Positions 52,881-64,000 of a stretch of 64,000 bases of DNA are shown here, piece by piece. The stretch spans positions 16,678,001-16,742,000 of the forward strand of contig JBHGNT010000005.1 of the NCBI GenBank assembly GCA_043228905.1, in the 5' to 3' direction. The notes under the pieces were generated by a model, which did no database searches, had not been told where the DNA came from, and saw only the letters and a list, made by a program, of their open reading frames with translations. Numbering within the stretch: the first letter of the stretch is position 1; the number at the start of each line of letters is the position of its first letter. The translations under genes and the position numbers were made by a program. The stretch comes from Azolla caroliniana. Its lineage: Eukaryota; Plantae; Polypodiophyta.

Positions 52881-53104
52881 ATTCACACTCACAAAGTAAC
52901 TACTAGTCTCACAAAACAATATCCTGAACATCAAAGAGTTTCAGTCATAGAACAACACTCTTCAAATTATCTTGGAAAAACATCATAGAGTTCCATTACA
53001 TAATGTGGATCAAGCAACAACCAATCTGAGGTTTTACTTGTCCAACAGGATAGTAAAACTTCATAAAACCCTAGCAAAATCCCTAAGCTAACAATCATAT
53101 CCAA

Positions 53105-56100
53105 CTAAACAGTATTTCGCTCCACTACGTCTGGGCCCCTTGACCGAGTAACTGGTCTTGTTCCCGATCGTGGCCCCTTCTTCAGCCTTTTTCTGGTTGG
53201 TTCCCCATTTAGCCTTGCTTCTAGGACCCAATGCGCAAGTGTGTCCTCCTCCGACAACCTTCCCATCGCCTCAGCAGCTAATTGCACATCAGCCGTTTCT
53301 TGAACTAGCTTTTCAAGTACAGAGGGATCTGTTTGGACATTTTCAGTAGTTGGGCTCGGTGGGGTGGAATCAAGGTCTTGAGACTCGAAGAAATGTTGCA
53401 TCAAGTGTTCATAAACACTGTTGTTGTGAACCTCAGTTTTACATGTTGTTTCCACTATTTCATGGCATTTCACATCGTTGCCTAATTCAGTACACTGTTC
53501 CAAAAGAATAGGGTGCAGCTGATCTGAAGGAGATGTGATAGCAGGACTCTTACTTTCAGCCACATTGGCAGTAGTATCCTCATCTGTTGCAGCATCATCA
53601 GCACCAGACACATCATGTGCCGTCCTTAATCCACAAGATTCTACAATAACATGACAGTTATTTAGGATAGCTAATTAGCTACTTTACTAAACTATGGTAG
53701 AAGCTAGGATAGCTAATTAGCTAGTACGATAGCTAATTAGCTAGTATGATAGCTAATTAGGTACTTTACTCAACTATGGTAGTAGTTAGGATAGCTAATT
53801 AGGTACTTTACTCAACTATGGTAGTAGTTAGGATAGCTTATTAGCTACTAGGACAGCTAATTAGCTGCCAGTAGCTAATTAGCTACTAGGATAGCTAATT
53901 AGCTGCCAGTAGCTAATTAGCTACTAGGATACATAATTAGCTGCCAGTAGCTAATTAGCTACTAGGATAGCTTATTAGCTACTTTACACAACTATGGCAG
54001 TAGCTACTAGGATAGCTAATTCGCTAGTAGGATAGCTAATTAGTTGCCATCAGCTAATTAGCTACTAGGATAGCTAATTAGCTGCCAGTAGCTAATTAGC
54101 TACTAGGATAGCTTATTAGCTACTTTACACAACTATGGCAGTAGCTACTAGGATAGCTAATTCGCTAGTAGGATAGCTAATTAGTTGCCAGCAGCTAATT
54201 AGCTACTAGGATAGCTAATTAGCTACTAGGATAGCTAATTAGCTACTAGGATAGCTAATTAGTTGCCAGTAGCTAATTAGCTAGTAGGATAGCTAATTAG
54301 GTACGTTACTCAACTATGGTAGTAGCTAATTAGCTAGTAGGATAGCTAATTAGCTACTTTACTCAACTATGGTAGTAGCTAATTAGCTAGTAGGATAGCT
54401 AATTAGCTGCTAGTAGCTAATTAGCTACTAGGATAGCTTATTAGCTACTTTACACAACTATGGCAGTAGCTAATTAGTTACTAGGATAGCTAATTAGCTA
54501 GTAGGATAGCTTATTAGCTACTTTACACAACTATAGTAGTAGCTAGGATAGCTAATTAGCTACTTTCTCAACTATGTAGTAGCTAGGATAGCTTATTAGC
54601 TACTAGGACAGCTAATTAGCTGCCAGTAGCTAATTAGCTACTAGGATAGCTAATTAGCTACTTTACACAACTATGTCAGTAGCTAATTAGCTACTATGAT
54701 AGCTAATTAGCTAGTAGGATAGCTAATTAGCTAGTAGGATAGCTAATTAGTTGCCAGTAGCTAATTAGCTAGTAGGATAGCTAATTAGCTTTTTTACACA
54801 ACTATGGTACTAGCTAATTAGCTAGTACCATAGCTAACTAGCTACTAGGATAGCTTATTAGCTACTTTACATAACTATGTCAGTAGCTAATTAGCTACTA
54901 TGATAGCTAATTAGCTAGTAGGATAGCTAATTAGTTGCCAGTAGCTAATTAGCTAGTAGGATAGCTAATTAGCTTTTTTACACAACTATGGTACTAGCTA
55001 ATTAGCTAGTACCATAGCTAACTAGCTACTAGGATAGCTTATTAGCTACTTTACACAACTATGTCAGTAGCTAATTAGCTACTATGATAGCTAATTAGCT
55101 AGTAGGATAGCTAATTAGCTAGTAGGATAGCTAATTAGTTGCCAGTAGCTAATTAGCTAGTAGGATAGCTAATTAGCTTTTTTACACAACTATGGTACTA
55201 GCTAATTAGCTAGTACCATAGCTAACTAGCTACTAGGATAGCTTATTAGCTACTTTACACAAGCTAGTAGGATAGCTAATTAGCTAGTAGGATAGCTAAT
55301 TAGTTGCCAGTAGCTAATTAGCTAGTAGGATAGCTAATTAGCTTTTTTACACAACTATGGTACTAGCTAATTAGCTAGTACCATAGCTAACTAGCTACTA
55401 GGATAGCTTATTAGCTACTTTACACAACTATGGCAGTAGCTAATTAGTTACTAGGATAGCTAATTAGTTGCCAGTGGCTAATTAGCTAGTAGGATAGCTA
55501 TTTAGCTTTTTTACACAACTATGGTACTAGCTAATTAGCTAGTACCATAGCTAATTAGCTACTAGGATAGCTAATTAGCTAGTAGCTCATTAGCTGCCAG
55601 TAGCTAATTAGCTAGTAGGATAGCTAATTAGAAAAGACTAAGCTTATTAGCTACAGTATGGTATACCTGTTTGTTTTCTCCACTCATTTGGTAGAGTTGT
55701 ACTGCAATCTCCCAAACAGAATGCAGCAATTCGACAGGCATGTTGAAAACAAAGCAGATGGTATGTGTGGTTGCATGGTTGTAGGTGAACCAACAAAGAC
55801 GCAGTTTTGTCCTCCACACCTAATCCGCAAGCGATGCAACGTGCTTGAACTGTCAATAAATCATTTTCTGGTTCTACTTCATTTGGTAAGGGAGCAAGAA
55901 TGTTCAGGTCCAAATCCTGTCTGGTCCTTACCATTCCCTCCACAAAATGTAGCTTCTTCTTAAGGCAGCTAACTACCTGTTCTTGATGAATGTATTGTTC
56001 CTTCAACGCAACAGAGAAATTTACCGATTAATTATTCTTGTTGTTGAAAGATACACCAACTTTGCTCAGGAATCGTTAACTTACTTGAAGCTTATCCAAA

Positions 56101-57521
56101 TTGTAATCTGCAACAGTATTTACACCTAGAAGGTCCAGGTTCATTAAAAGAACCTGGATCTCTATTTGCAGTTCTATTTTACGCTGGGGATCCAGTGGCC
56201 CCTCTAATTCAAGCTCCTGTTGCGCAACCTATTCCAGATAATGCTTGATTAGCACATTTTACCCGTTATTTATAACACAATCACATACCAGCAAAACAAT
56301 AGTTACCTGAATCTTATTTCTAATTGTTGTAACAGCAGAAGTAACTTTGCTCTCCATTGCAGAAGCCATTGTGGCTTTCTCTAAATCAGTCTTAAAAAAT
56401 GCCAATGTCTCACAGGCTTCATGGACATTTTTTAGCATATAGCTAACCAATGTCTCACCTGTATCATCGACATTGGCTTTCCTTGGGTGTCGGTGTGGTG
56501 TATGCCCCCGGTCTTGCTGGGAGTCGGCAGTTGCATCAACAGCTGCCATGCTCCAAAATCTGTCTATTTTTTGTGCCAAGGTCCCCATCTTTCGGCATCT
56601 TTTTACCGATGCCTCACCATAGACTGCCCAAGCTACCCTATACATTTCAGGGTCTCTAGATTCCTTCGCTGTTTTGCAGTACTCATATGCAAATGCTCTA
56701 GCAAATGAAACTGACAACTCATTGTTGACTGGGATCTCCTGATGAACTTTCTGGTGCAGTCTCATGCAGTCATCGTACAAGTCGGCTCGTACATGCTTCA
56801 GCTTGACCTTGCCTTTGACTCTAGGCACTGTATATACTGTCATCCAGTCTATATCACTGATCAATTTATCACTTAGGACAGCAGGGTCAACACCCTCGAG
56901 TGACAGACCATAGGTGTTGTGGAAGTCCTCCTTTGTCTCGCAAAATTTTGCGAAGTTTAGCACTCTCGTATACGGAGGAACGAGCCATCTGAAATATCAT
57001 TTCAGAAATCAGAAATAGTGCAAAATCAGAATATGTGAGAATCAAAAACCCCAATCAACAACAACAAAAATGGTGCAAAATCTTTAACTTAACCTAATCA
57101 AAATCTGTAATCAGAAGTTTGAAATCAGAAACCCTAATCAAAATCTGTAATCAGAAGTTTGTAACCAGAAACCTTATTCAGAAATTCTAATCAGAAATTT
57201 ATAATAAAAAACCCTAATCAGAAATTTCAATCAGAAACCCTAATAAAAAATTTCAATCACAAACCCTAATCAGAAATCCTAAGCAGAAATTTATAAACAA
57301 AAACCCTATTCAGAAATTCTAATTTGTAATCAAAATTTGTAACCAGAAACCCTATTCAAAAATTCTAATCAGAAATTTATAATCAAAAACCCTAATCAGA
57401 AATTTCAATCACAAACCCTAATCAGAAATTTCAATCACAAACCCTAATCACTAAAGACAGGATTAAACACAAAAAAAGTAATATAAACACACCTGTTGCT
57501 ACTCCCCGATTTGCGAGACAT
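53105..57521 (-). CDS. Sola2 cargo: multi-exon gene (57521-57493, 56988-56307, 56228-56085, 56000-55667, 53640-~53105) encoding an unknown helical domain, coiled coil, RING finger and acidic tail
   Basis: All four junctions are GT-AG and join in frame with no stops; RING-H2-like CIAC...PCNHTYHLLC...CLGDC. Confidence 0.78.
53665..55655. repeat. Second AGCTAATTAGCT satellite (~2 kb) filling intron 4 of the RING gene
   Basis: Same palindromic core with AGTAGGAT, GCCAGT and ACTTTACACAACTATGG spacers, with higher-order repeats. Confidence 0.97.
57085..57452. repeat. AAACCCTAATCAGAAATT-type degenerate tandem repeat in intron 1 of the RING gene
   Basis: About ten AAACCCTA(A/T) motifs in AT-rich units. 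Confidence 0.8.
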
Positions 57522-60475
57522 CCTTGTATGGGACTCCAAGGACTTCGCCCTATTCGATTTTGGGGAAATATGAATCGGCACCAAAGTTCAGACAGTAGTC
57601 AAAAAGAAAAAACAAATGTTTGGGGTTTCTGTAACTGAAACATACCTGGACGATGATCGAGCGGGTTCTGTGTTGTAGCTCTCAATCTGCAATGTCGATT
57701 TTTTGCTGTTGCGGGAGCTACGTCTGCGTTCGTGCTCTGAGTACTCCATCTGCGTTCAAAATCAGACTTAGGCTAAACAGGAAATTGATGACATTGAAGT
57801 CGACCTTAGATGATGGTGATATTCCCCAAGTTCCACTACGTCTGAAACAGAAGTTCAAATATTTGAGTTTTTTCATAAATTAGTTTTTCAAATATTTGAT
57901 TTTCCCACAAAAAAGACTAGCTAAACAAATAGCTAATTAGCTATGGCCATTTTAGTAGCTAATTAGCTATAATAGTGTTTCCACTCGCATGCTTTTACCC
58001 CAATGTGCTTGCGTTTGTCTTGCAGCGCTTGCATCCAAACATCCTTTGGATTATCAGCTAGTACATTGGTGACAAATTTCTTAGTCTCAATCGGCATTTG
58101 TCCTACACCATAAACAAAAGTGGAAGGCATATGAAGTAGAAACTGGCAGCCGCCTTCAGGCTCCCATTGGGGGGAGGATGAATACTGCTTTGCATATAAT
58201 AATGTACAACCACTATGATCATTTTTATTTATTAAGAATATGTGGTTGAAGCTTATATTATTTAAGGGTGCTAACACTTTGGCATTTCGCTCACCACCAT
58301 CTAATATGTATCTCTTGAAATCTCTTTAAGTGTTCTACGATTGAGCGTGGCGTATATGCATCACGAATGATGTTGAACAACTTAGGTAACGTAAAAGCAT
58401 CATATCGTGATAACTGCCTAGAGAAGTTACTAAACATCTGATCGATATGGTCATGTGTGTGACCAACCAATAGAAAGTTAACTTTCACTTTCCTAGAAAT
58501 TCCTTGGTTCACCAGCATACTTAGATAACCAAACACCATAGAATTTTTGTTTTCCAGAGTAGTATTGTCTAGTTGAATATGTAAAACCGGCGGCAAAGAC
58601 TGCCCCCAAGACATCAATACTTTTTGAATCACAGTGACTGTTAAATTAGGGTCATTGTGGACATTTGGGTAGGTGACGAAGACATGAGGCTTTACACTTC
58701 CATTATAGGCTAATCAACCCACCAAGTGCATCTGCAGGAGACAATCATCGTTGACATCTTTAGGAAGACATTTAAGATGAGGTAGACAAATCTTCTTTTG
58801 GTCCATTCCATCTATCATTAAACACATGTACTTAGTTGGATTGTTTATCGACTTTTCCCTATGGTGCATAGCTCTTTTTCGCTCTAATGCTCGGGCTTCT
58901 CGGTGATCTTGTAACAATTTCTTGTTTAGCTCCTTCTCTATCGCTGTCTTTGCCCCTTTACACATGCTCTTTAGGTTTGCACATATTGAACAATACCCCA
59001 TACATACTTTACGAGGTATAATAACATTACTAAAGTGCAATGTCCACAACCTTGTGAACTGACAATAGGTGACATACTTGTCGCAACAAGTTGACATTTC
59101 CAATCTATAGGAATCATAAACTTCTCGACGTGTATAATTGTCAGAGAGATGCAACTTACCGGTAGTTGGCATTATCTCACAATTGAACTTGAAGTATGTC
59201 TTCATCCAGGAGATCGCATTTCTACCTGATGCACCCGTCATACTTGGCAAATTATCAACTTCAATGGGATTGTTGCCATTTAAAACTCTCTCTTTCACTC
59301 TATGTAATCTCATGTTGCTAACACAAAGTGCGATCTTGAATGCCACTCTACAACATTGTCGTGCCGTAAAAAGGTAATACTCGAAAGAGATTGAGATATC
59401 TGAGGCTTTGTCTGACACCATCTGTAAGTGTGTCATAAGATAGGTGTCTTGTTCATCACCAGTGAGTGAAAAATAGTAACGTCTCAAAGACCGCAAGTTT
59501 TGCTTTCTAATAATCGCCATACACCCACGAGCGCAACATGTCTTTTTAACATCTACGGTAAGTTGGGCCTCAGATGTCACTAAAGCAAATCTTTCTCGAC
59601 TAATATGTCTTGAGACCCTTTTGAAAAATAAGGGGCTCACTAACTTATTGTCATCCTTAGTTGATATTGGTGTGTCCTCCTCTTGGCGCACATTTGTTCT
59701 CTGTTGCTGGGTAGAAATACTTTCGAGACTTTGACAATCACCTACATTCTCACCCGAGTCCGCGTATGGGTCATACTCTTCAATTGAGAATTCAAGGCAT
59801 CTTGTCATATTGACTGGACTGTCGGAGATTATATACTCCTCAACGGAGAAATTAGAATCTTGAGACCAATGGTATTCTTCTACTGAAAACCCCAGAGAAG
59901 GTGAGGAATACGATGACAGTTGATATTCCTCAACAGAAAAGGGTGAATTATTTCCCATTGTTTGAGGTTCTAATATCCTTTATATTTCATTCCCTAAGCA
60001 TACATATTGTAAGACATACTTAAACTACAAATAGAATTCCAAGGAAGTATATATGTATTTTGTATATTTTATTATATAATTTTTTCTATATTTCTATTAG
60101 TTATAAATAAAAATTGATCACGTGTACACGTCACATAATTGCATAATACCACTATCCTCACCCAATTAGTGAATGTTCTGAAAATCAAAATCATTACACT
60201 ACCATAAATGTAGATAAGTATACTCAATCATAGGACTGACCTTGCACATGTATTAAATCATAATAAGTACTAGCTCATAATAGGTACTAAAACATAATAC
60301 ACATAAGTATGAAATCATAATTACTAGATCATAATGATCATATTACACATAAAGTATAAAGGTAATCATTATTTTATGATAATAATAAATACGAATTCTA
60401 AGATAAATAACTAAAGGCACTATTGGCATTTAATTCTAACCGAGGTTACCTTTTTAGCTATGATCCCTTCCCCTC

Positions 60476-60490
60476 CCATAAATAGAACCG
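60476..60490 (+). promoter_or_regulatory. TATA-like box of MTase gene copy 2 (counterpart in copy 1 at ~44005-44022, minus strand)
   Basis: CCCATAAATAGAACCGACCTC versus CCCTATAAATAGGAAGACCTC, each 120-140 bp upstream of the MSSKK start. Confidence 0.55.
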
Positions 60491-60601
60491 ACCTCTCTTT
60501 TTCATTCCCCACAGTTGAGTGTAACCACTGCCCAGAGCGCCAAAGCACAGACGCGAGAACTCCCAAGATACCTCACGCATCCCCGAACCGACACCATCAT
60601 C

Positions 60602-63600
60602 ATGTCGAGCAAAAAGACTACCCGTTCTGACAGCAGGTAGGATCTAAACCCTAAACTGTACGGACATATGACCATCTACATGCTTTTTATTTCGTATTAG
60701 AACTCGTTACACCGTATCTAGTGCCTCCTAAGGCTAGAATTAGATATGTTGTAGCGAGGTAAGACTCCCAACTCGATACGGCGTATCGCATTATGCCTCC
60801 TAGGGCTACAACTCGATACGCTGTAATGAGTTGGGGGACATATCTTGATACGCCGTATCGAGTTGTAGCTCCTAGGGCTACAACTCGATACGGCGCATCG
60901 AGTTGTGGGACATAGCTCGATACAGCGTATCGAGATGTGGCTCCTAGGGCAACAACTCAATATGCCGTATTGAGTTGGGGGACATAACTCGATACGCCGT
61001 AACGAGTTATGCCTCCCAATTCATTTCGGCTCGATACAGTGTATCGAGTTGTGGCCCCTAGGGCTAAAACTCGATATGCGGGGACTTAACTCATTACGGC
61101 GTAACATGTTGTGGCTCCTAGGGCTAAAACTCGATATGGCGTAACGAGTTGGGTGTCTTAACTCGATACACCGTATCGAGTTGTGGCTCCCAATGCTAAA
61201 ACTCAATATGCGGGGGCCTTAACTCGATACGGCGTATTGAGTTGGGGCTCCCAGGACTTAAACTCGATACGCCGTATCGAGTTGGGGGTCATAACACATA
61301 TTAGACCAAAAATAAGTAGTATAATAGGTTCAACAATTCTAAATTAGGTCAAAATACGGTCAAATTGGGTAAATACAGTTGATATTTAGGTACTGCTGGG
61401 GATACCAAAATCTTACTGATTTTAGTGTCTGGTGGACTATGAGACGTTAAATATACATTTTCCTCTATCCAATCCCTAGGTTTCACATCCATAAGTATAT
61501 TGGATTGCTAATTTGACGTTCCAAACTACCAATCTGCATACTGTATATAATTTGTCACCCCATAATTTGAGAGTTTATAGGTTTAGGTTCATTTGTTGTA
61601 TTATTTTATGCAGGTCGGCTGACACTAAGGACGAGAGGCCATTAAGCCGAATTTGGATCAAATATCAAAGTTCACCTCCAGACAACACAAAGATCCCTGT
61701 TGTGACATATCCACAAAAGGGAAAGAAACTCATGTTTGAAGACGAAGTCGTGAGGCAGCCGTCTGACGAGGTTAGTCAGAAAACATCTGCCGTGGTTGGA
61801 GAAAGTGATGACCAATTAGATATAGACTTAACTGGATATGAGCGGGCAATGCAATATGTAGACTCGAAAAAGAAGGTAGTACTGTTAGTTACCAGACTAG
61901 TTGGACGTGGTATGCTTGCTCAAGATCGTGCATTTAGCTATGGCAAAATCTTGCGGGTAGACTATGAAGATGCAGACTCAACTAATTTGATTGTATCAGT
62001 CAATTGTACGAAAGGAGTCTGACAGATGATGGTCTCCAAGGACTACTTGTTGAAGGATTCATGCGGGCCAGAATCCTTCCGACATGCTATTGAGACAAGT
62101 ACTAACTTAATAACAACACTGAGGCCATATATTCAAGGTCATGTTAATTTGAAGATAGCCTCCTTATCGCCCAAAAAAGCACCAATAAGGAAATCTGCGG
62201 TGCAGTCCAGGCCCTGAAACAAGAAGGTGATGAGAATGTCAGATTCTGATTCATCGAGTTCAATAGAGGATGAAGAGGCTCAAGCTACACCAAGAGCAGA
62301 GCTGGCATCTGGTGTGTTCTCATCAGAACAAAATAAAATTAGAAGGGACTTAATACATAGAAAACTAGTGCAGAAGGGGCAAGTTTTTAACCTTCCGATA
62401 ACCCATATTCATCGCCCCCCGGTGGATGACCATACAAGACGTTGCCCTTTGGAGATCAGGGAAACACATAAGTTGCACGTCCAAAATTTAAAGAAGAAGA
62501 TGAAAATCAACCCTCATGCAACGGTCATGCCTTTTATTGTAATGGTGGATCCTCTTGAGTGCTCTAAGTTAGAGGATTTTGATATTAAGAAGCACGACCA
62601 ATACAATGATTTTGTGATTGGAGGATCTCACTCGGCGGAGGCCAGACGACAATTAGTCCGCGAGCATCCCACAACGTTCTTCTTAAAATATGCGGAATGC
62701 AAAATTTATGTGGGGTTAATAACTGAGGAGGCGAAGTTGTTAGCATGGGACCACAATAACGACAATGACTATTGGCAGACGATGTCCTCCATCGAACGCA
62801 TTAGATTTTTTCACCACGAGTACCTCGACGGGAAAACCAAATATGGAGCGAAATTATATCCAGCTCTACGACGTCAATGTCTCCACGAAGTGGGAATTGT
62901 GGTGGACGATGCGGTGAAGTCTGATGGAATCAGAAAGTATGAGCCGTAGTTTCAACTAGCATTTAGGGATGGAGGAGTCTAGGAACTCCAAGATCAAATA
63001 TTTACGATGTGGGAGAATAAGGAAGTAAAGGGTCAAAGACAGAAGAAGTTGAAAGTTGACCCTCAATTAGAATTGAAGAGCTCAGCTGCGAAGAAGATAG
63101 AGCTTACCATTGAGGAAGCGGCAGATGATATGAAGTAGTCTTTATGGAGGGCAATGCAAGGGATCAAAGATGAGCAACTTCTTATATCCGTGCTTTCAAG
63201 AGTTGTAGCGAAGGAGCTGAGCCTAGAGAAAATGGTTACGGAGTTCAACAAGTAAGGTCTCACTAAATTTTTTATGGTTTATCTTGTTTTAAGAAATGAA
63301 TTTTTAATGTTGGTTTATAAACTTTCAGCGACAAAGTCTATATGAAAATACAAGAAGTAATGATGAAGCAACTAGGTTGCTTATCGTGGGAACAAGTGAC
63401 TGAAGAATATCCGATAACGTCTTCGCACAAGGCGTTATCGGAATATTCATTGCATTTAAGGATTGGGTGAGTATAACTCTTTGTTTGATCAATTTCTGGT
63501 GGTCCATCCTGTGTATCACTATCACTTTGTTGATGTCTTATTTTTTTTAGAAACCATGTCGGAGTAAGAGGCCTGGTGAAATAAAGGATATACATGACTT

Positions 63601-64000
63601 TCCAACATCCTTTCTTGCGCATCTTGAAAGGGCTAGAAAAAAGAAGGATCGACGCTTGGTAAGGGCGTTTGAGGTGGAAGATGATGGTACCTTCAAGAAG
63701 TTTAGCCATAGAAAAGACATCACCAGAGATCTGTACTACAATGTTTATTGTGGGGATGTTGCTGACAAGATCCACAAGTTGCCAAAGAAAGTGTATACGT
63801 TAATGGTAGCTGATATTCCATACGGTTTTCATATGGCTGGTTCGATCTACGATGACGAACATTTTAGGTTCAAGCAGTTGGAAAAAATGGTAAAAGATTT
63901 CGCCGACTTGACCATCGCTTCCTTGTGGAGAATTGTAATATTTCATAGCATGGATTAGGGATATTCCATGGCTCAAGCGTTGAGATCTCGTTGCCATGGA
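60602..64000 (+). pseudogene. Spliced ParB-like / beta-class N4C-N6A DNA methyltransferase gene, copy 2 (premature stops; runs off the window)
   Basis: Exon 1 60602-60636 (MSSKKTTRSDSR), intron to 61613. ParB/Srx-like LPITHIHRP...IRE..KLHVQNLKKKM...PFIVMVD...FVIGGSHSAEARRQL...EEAKLLAWDHN; motif IV LMVADIPY near 63800. In-frame stops at 62020, 62215, 62947 and others. Confidence 0.88.
60700..61285. repeat. Array of about 15-17 palindromes AACTCGATACG-N-CGTATCGAGTT with alternating ~39/32-bp period, in intron 1 of MTase copy 2
   Basis: Cores alternate with spacers like GTGGCTCCTAGGGCTA and GGGGACAT. Confidence 0.93.

Larger units (their letters stand above)
45821..58000 (+). mobile_element. 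Complete 12,180-bp Sola2-type DNA transposon
   Basis: TIRs GGGTGAAAGCATGCGAGTGGAAACA (45821-45845) and its inverse at 57976-58000 match 24/25; CAAT TSD at 45817-45820 and 58001-58004. GRG termini with a 4-bp TSD are Sola2 hallmarks. Confidence 0.93.
45029..59958 (-). pseudogene. Sola-like DDD transposase (DUF7869-type motifs), split by the Sola2 insertion (59958-58001 and 45820-45029)
   Basis: MIDGMDQKK, IQLDNTTLENKN and FLLVGHTHDHIDQMFS; Cys clusters CC-xx-GC and CSIC. Removing 45821-58004 restores ...KRKHIDNAKKY.... One stop near 58714 and a frameshift near 58320. Confidence 0.85.
44635..64000. mobile_element. Sola-like DNA transposon copy 2: transposase (-) and ParB-MTase (+) in divergent orientation; continues past the window
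   Basis: Terminus GAGGAGTTAACATGTTCGCGTTCAGAAGTGGAAGG; the transposase 3' end is ~400 bp inside it; the transposase ATG (59958) and MTase ATG (60602) are 644 bp apart head to head. Confidence 0.75.

Noticed and set aside
57085-57452. Interstitial telomere
   Set aside because: There are no tandem CCCTAAA runs; the motifs are isolated within a longer repeat unit.

Overview
Eukaryotic, intron-containing, TE-dense DNA, most consistent with a seed-free land plant such as a fern, lycophyte or bryophyte (inferred from the TE families, a plant tRNA-Trp PBS and a BKI1/MAKR-like gene). 1-5.7 kb holds two host genes: a coiled-coil gene interrupted by an 843-bp copy of its own upstream region, and a MAKR-like gene. 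5.7-39 kb is a nest of Ty3/Gypsy elements. Three of them (A, B, F) share a large conserved extra ORF after pol. A tRNA-Trp-primed, pol-less group (C, D, E and solo LTR G) inserted repeatedly at CG-centred 4-bp targets, and D and E carry tRNA-like cassettes in their LTRs. 39-64 kb holds nested DNA transposons. Two copies of a Sola-like family carry a spliced gene for a ParB/Srx-like domain fused to a beta-class N4C/N6A DNA methyltransferase, and the first intron of each copy holds an array of the same palindrome (AACTCGATACG-N-CGTATCGAGTT) with unrelated spacers. Inserted in one copy is a complete 12.2-kb Sola2-type element (25-bp TIRs, CAAT TSD, intact 863-aa transposase) with RING and FCP1-like cargo and kilobase arrays of the palindrome AGCTAATTAGCT confined largely to introns. 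The best candidate for a new system is the transposon-borne ParB-methyltransferase plus its cognate palindrome array. All family calls are by eye from motifs; no searches were run.
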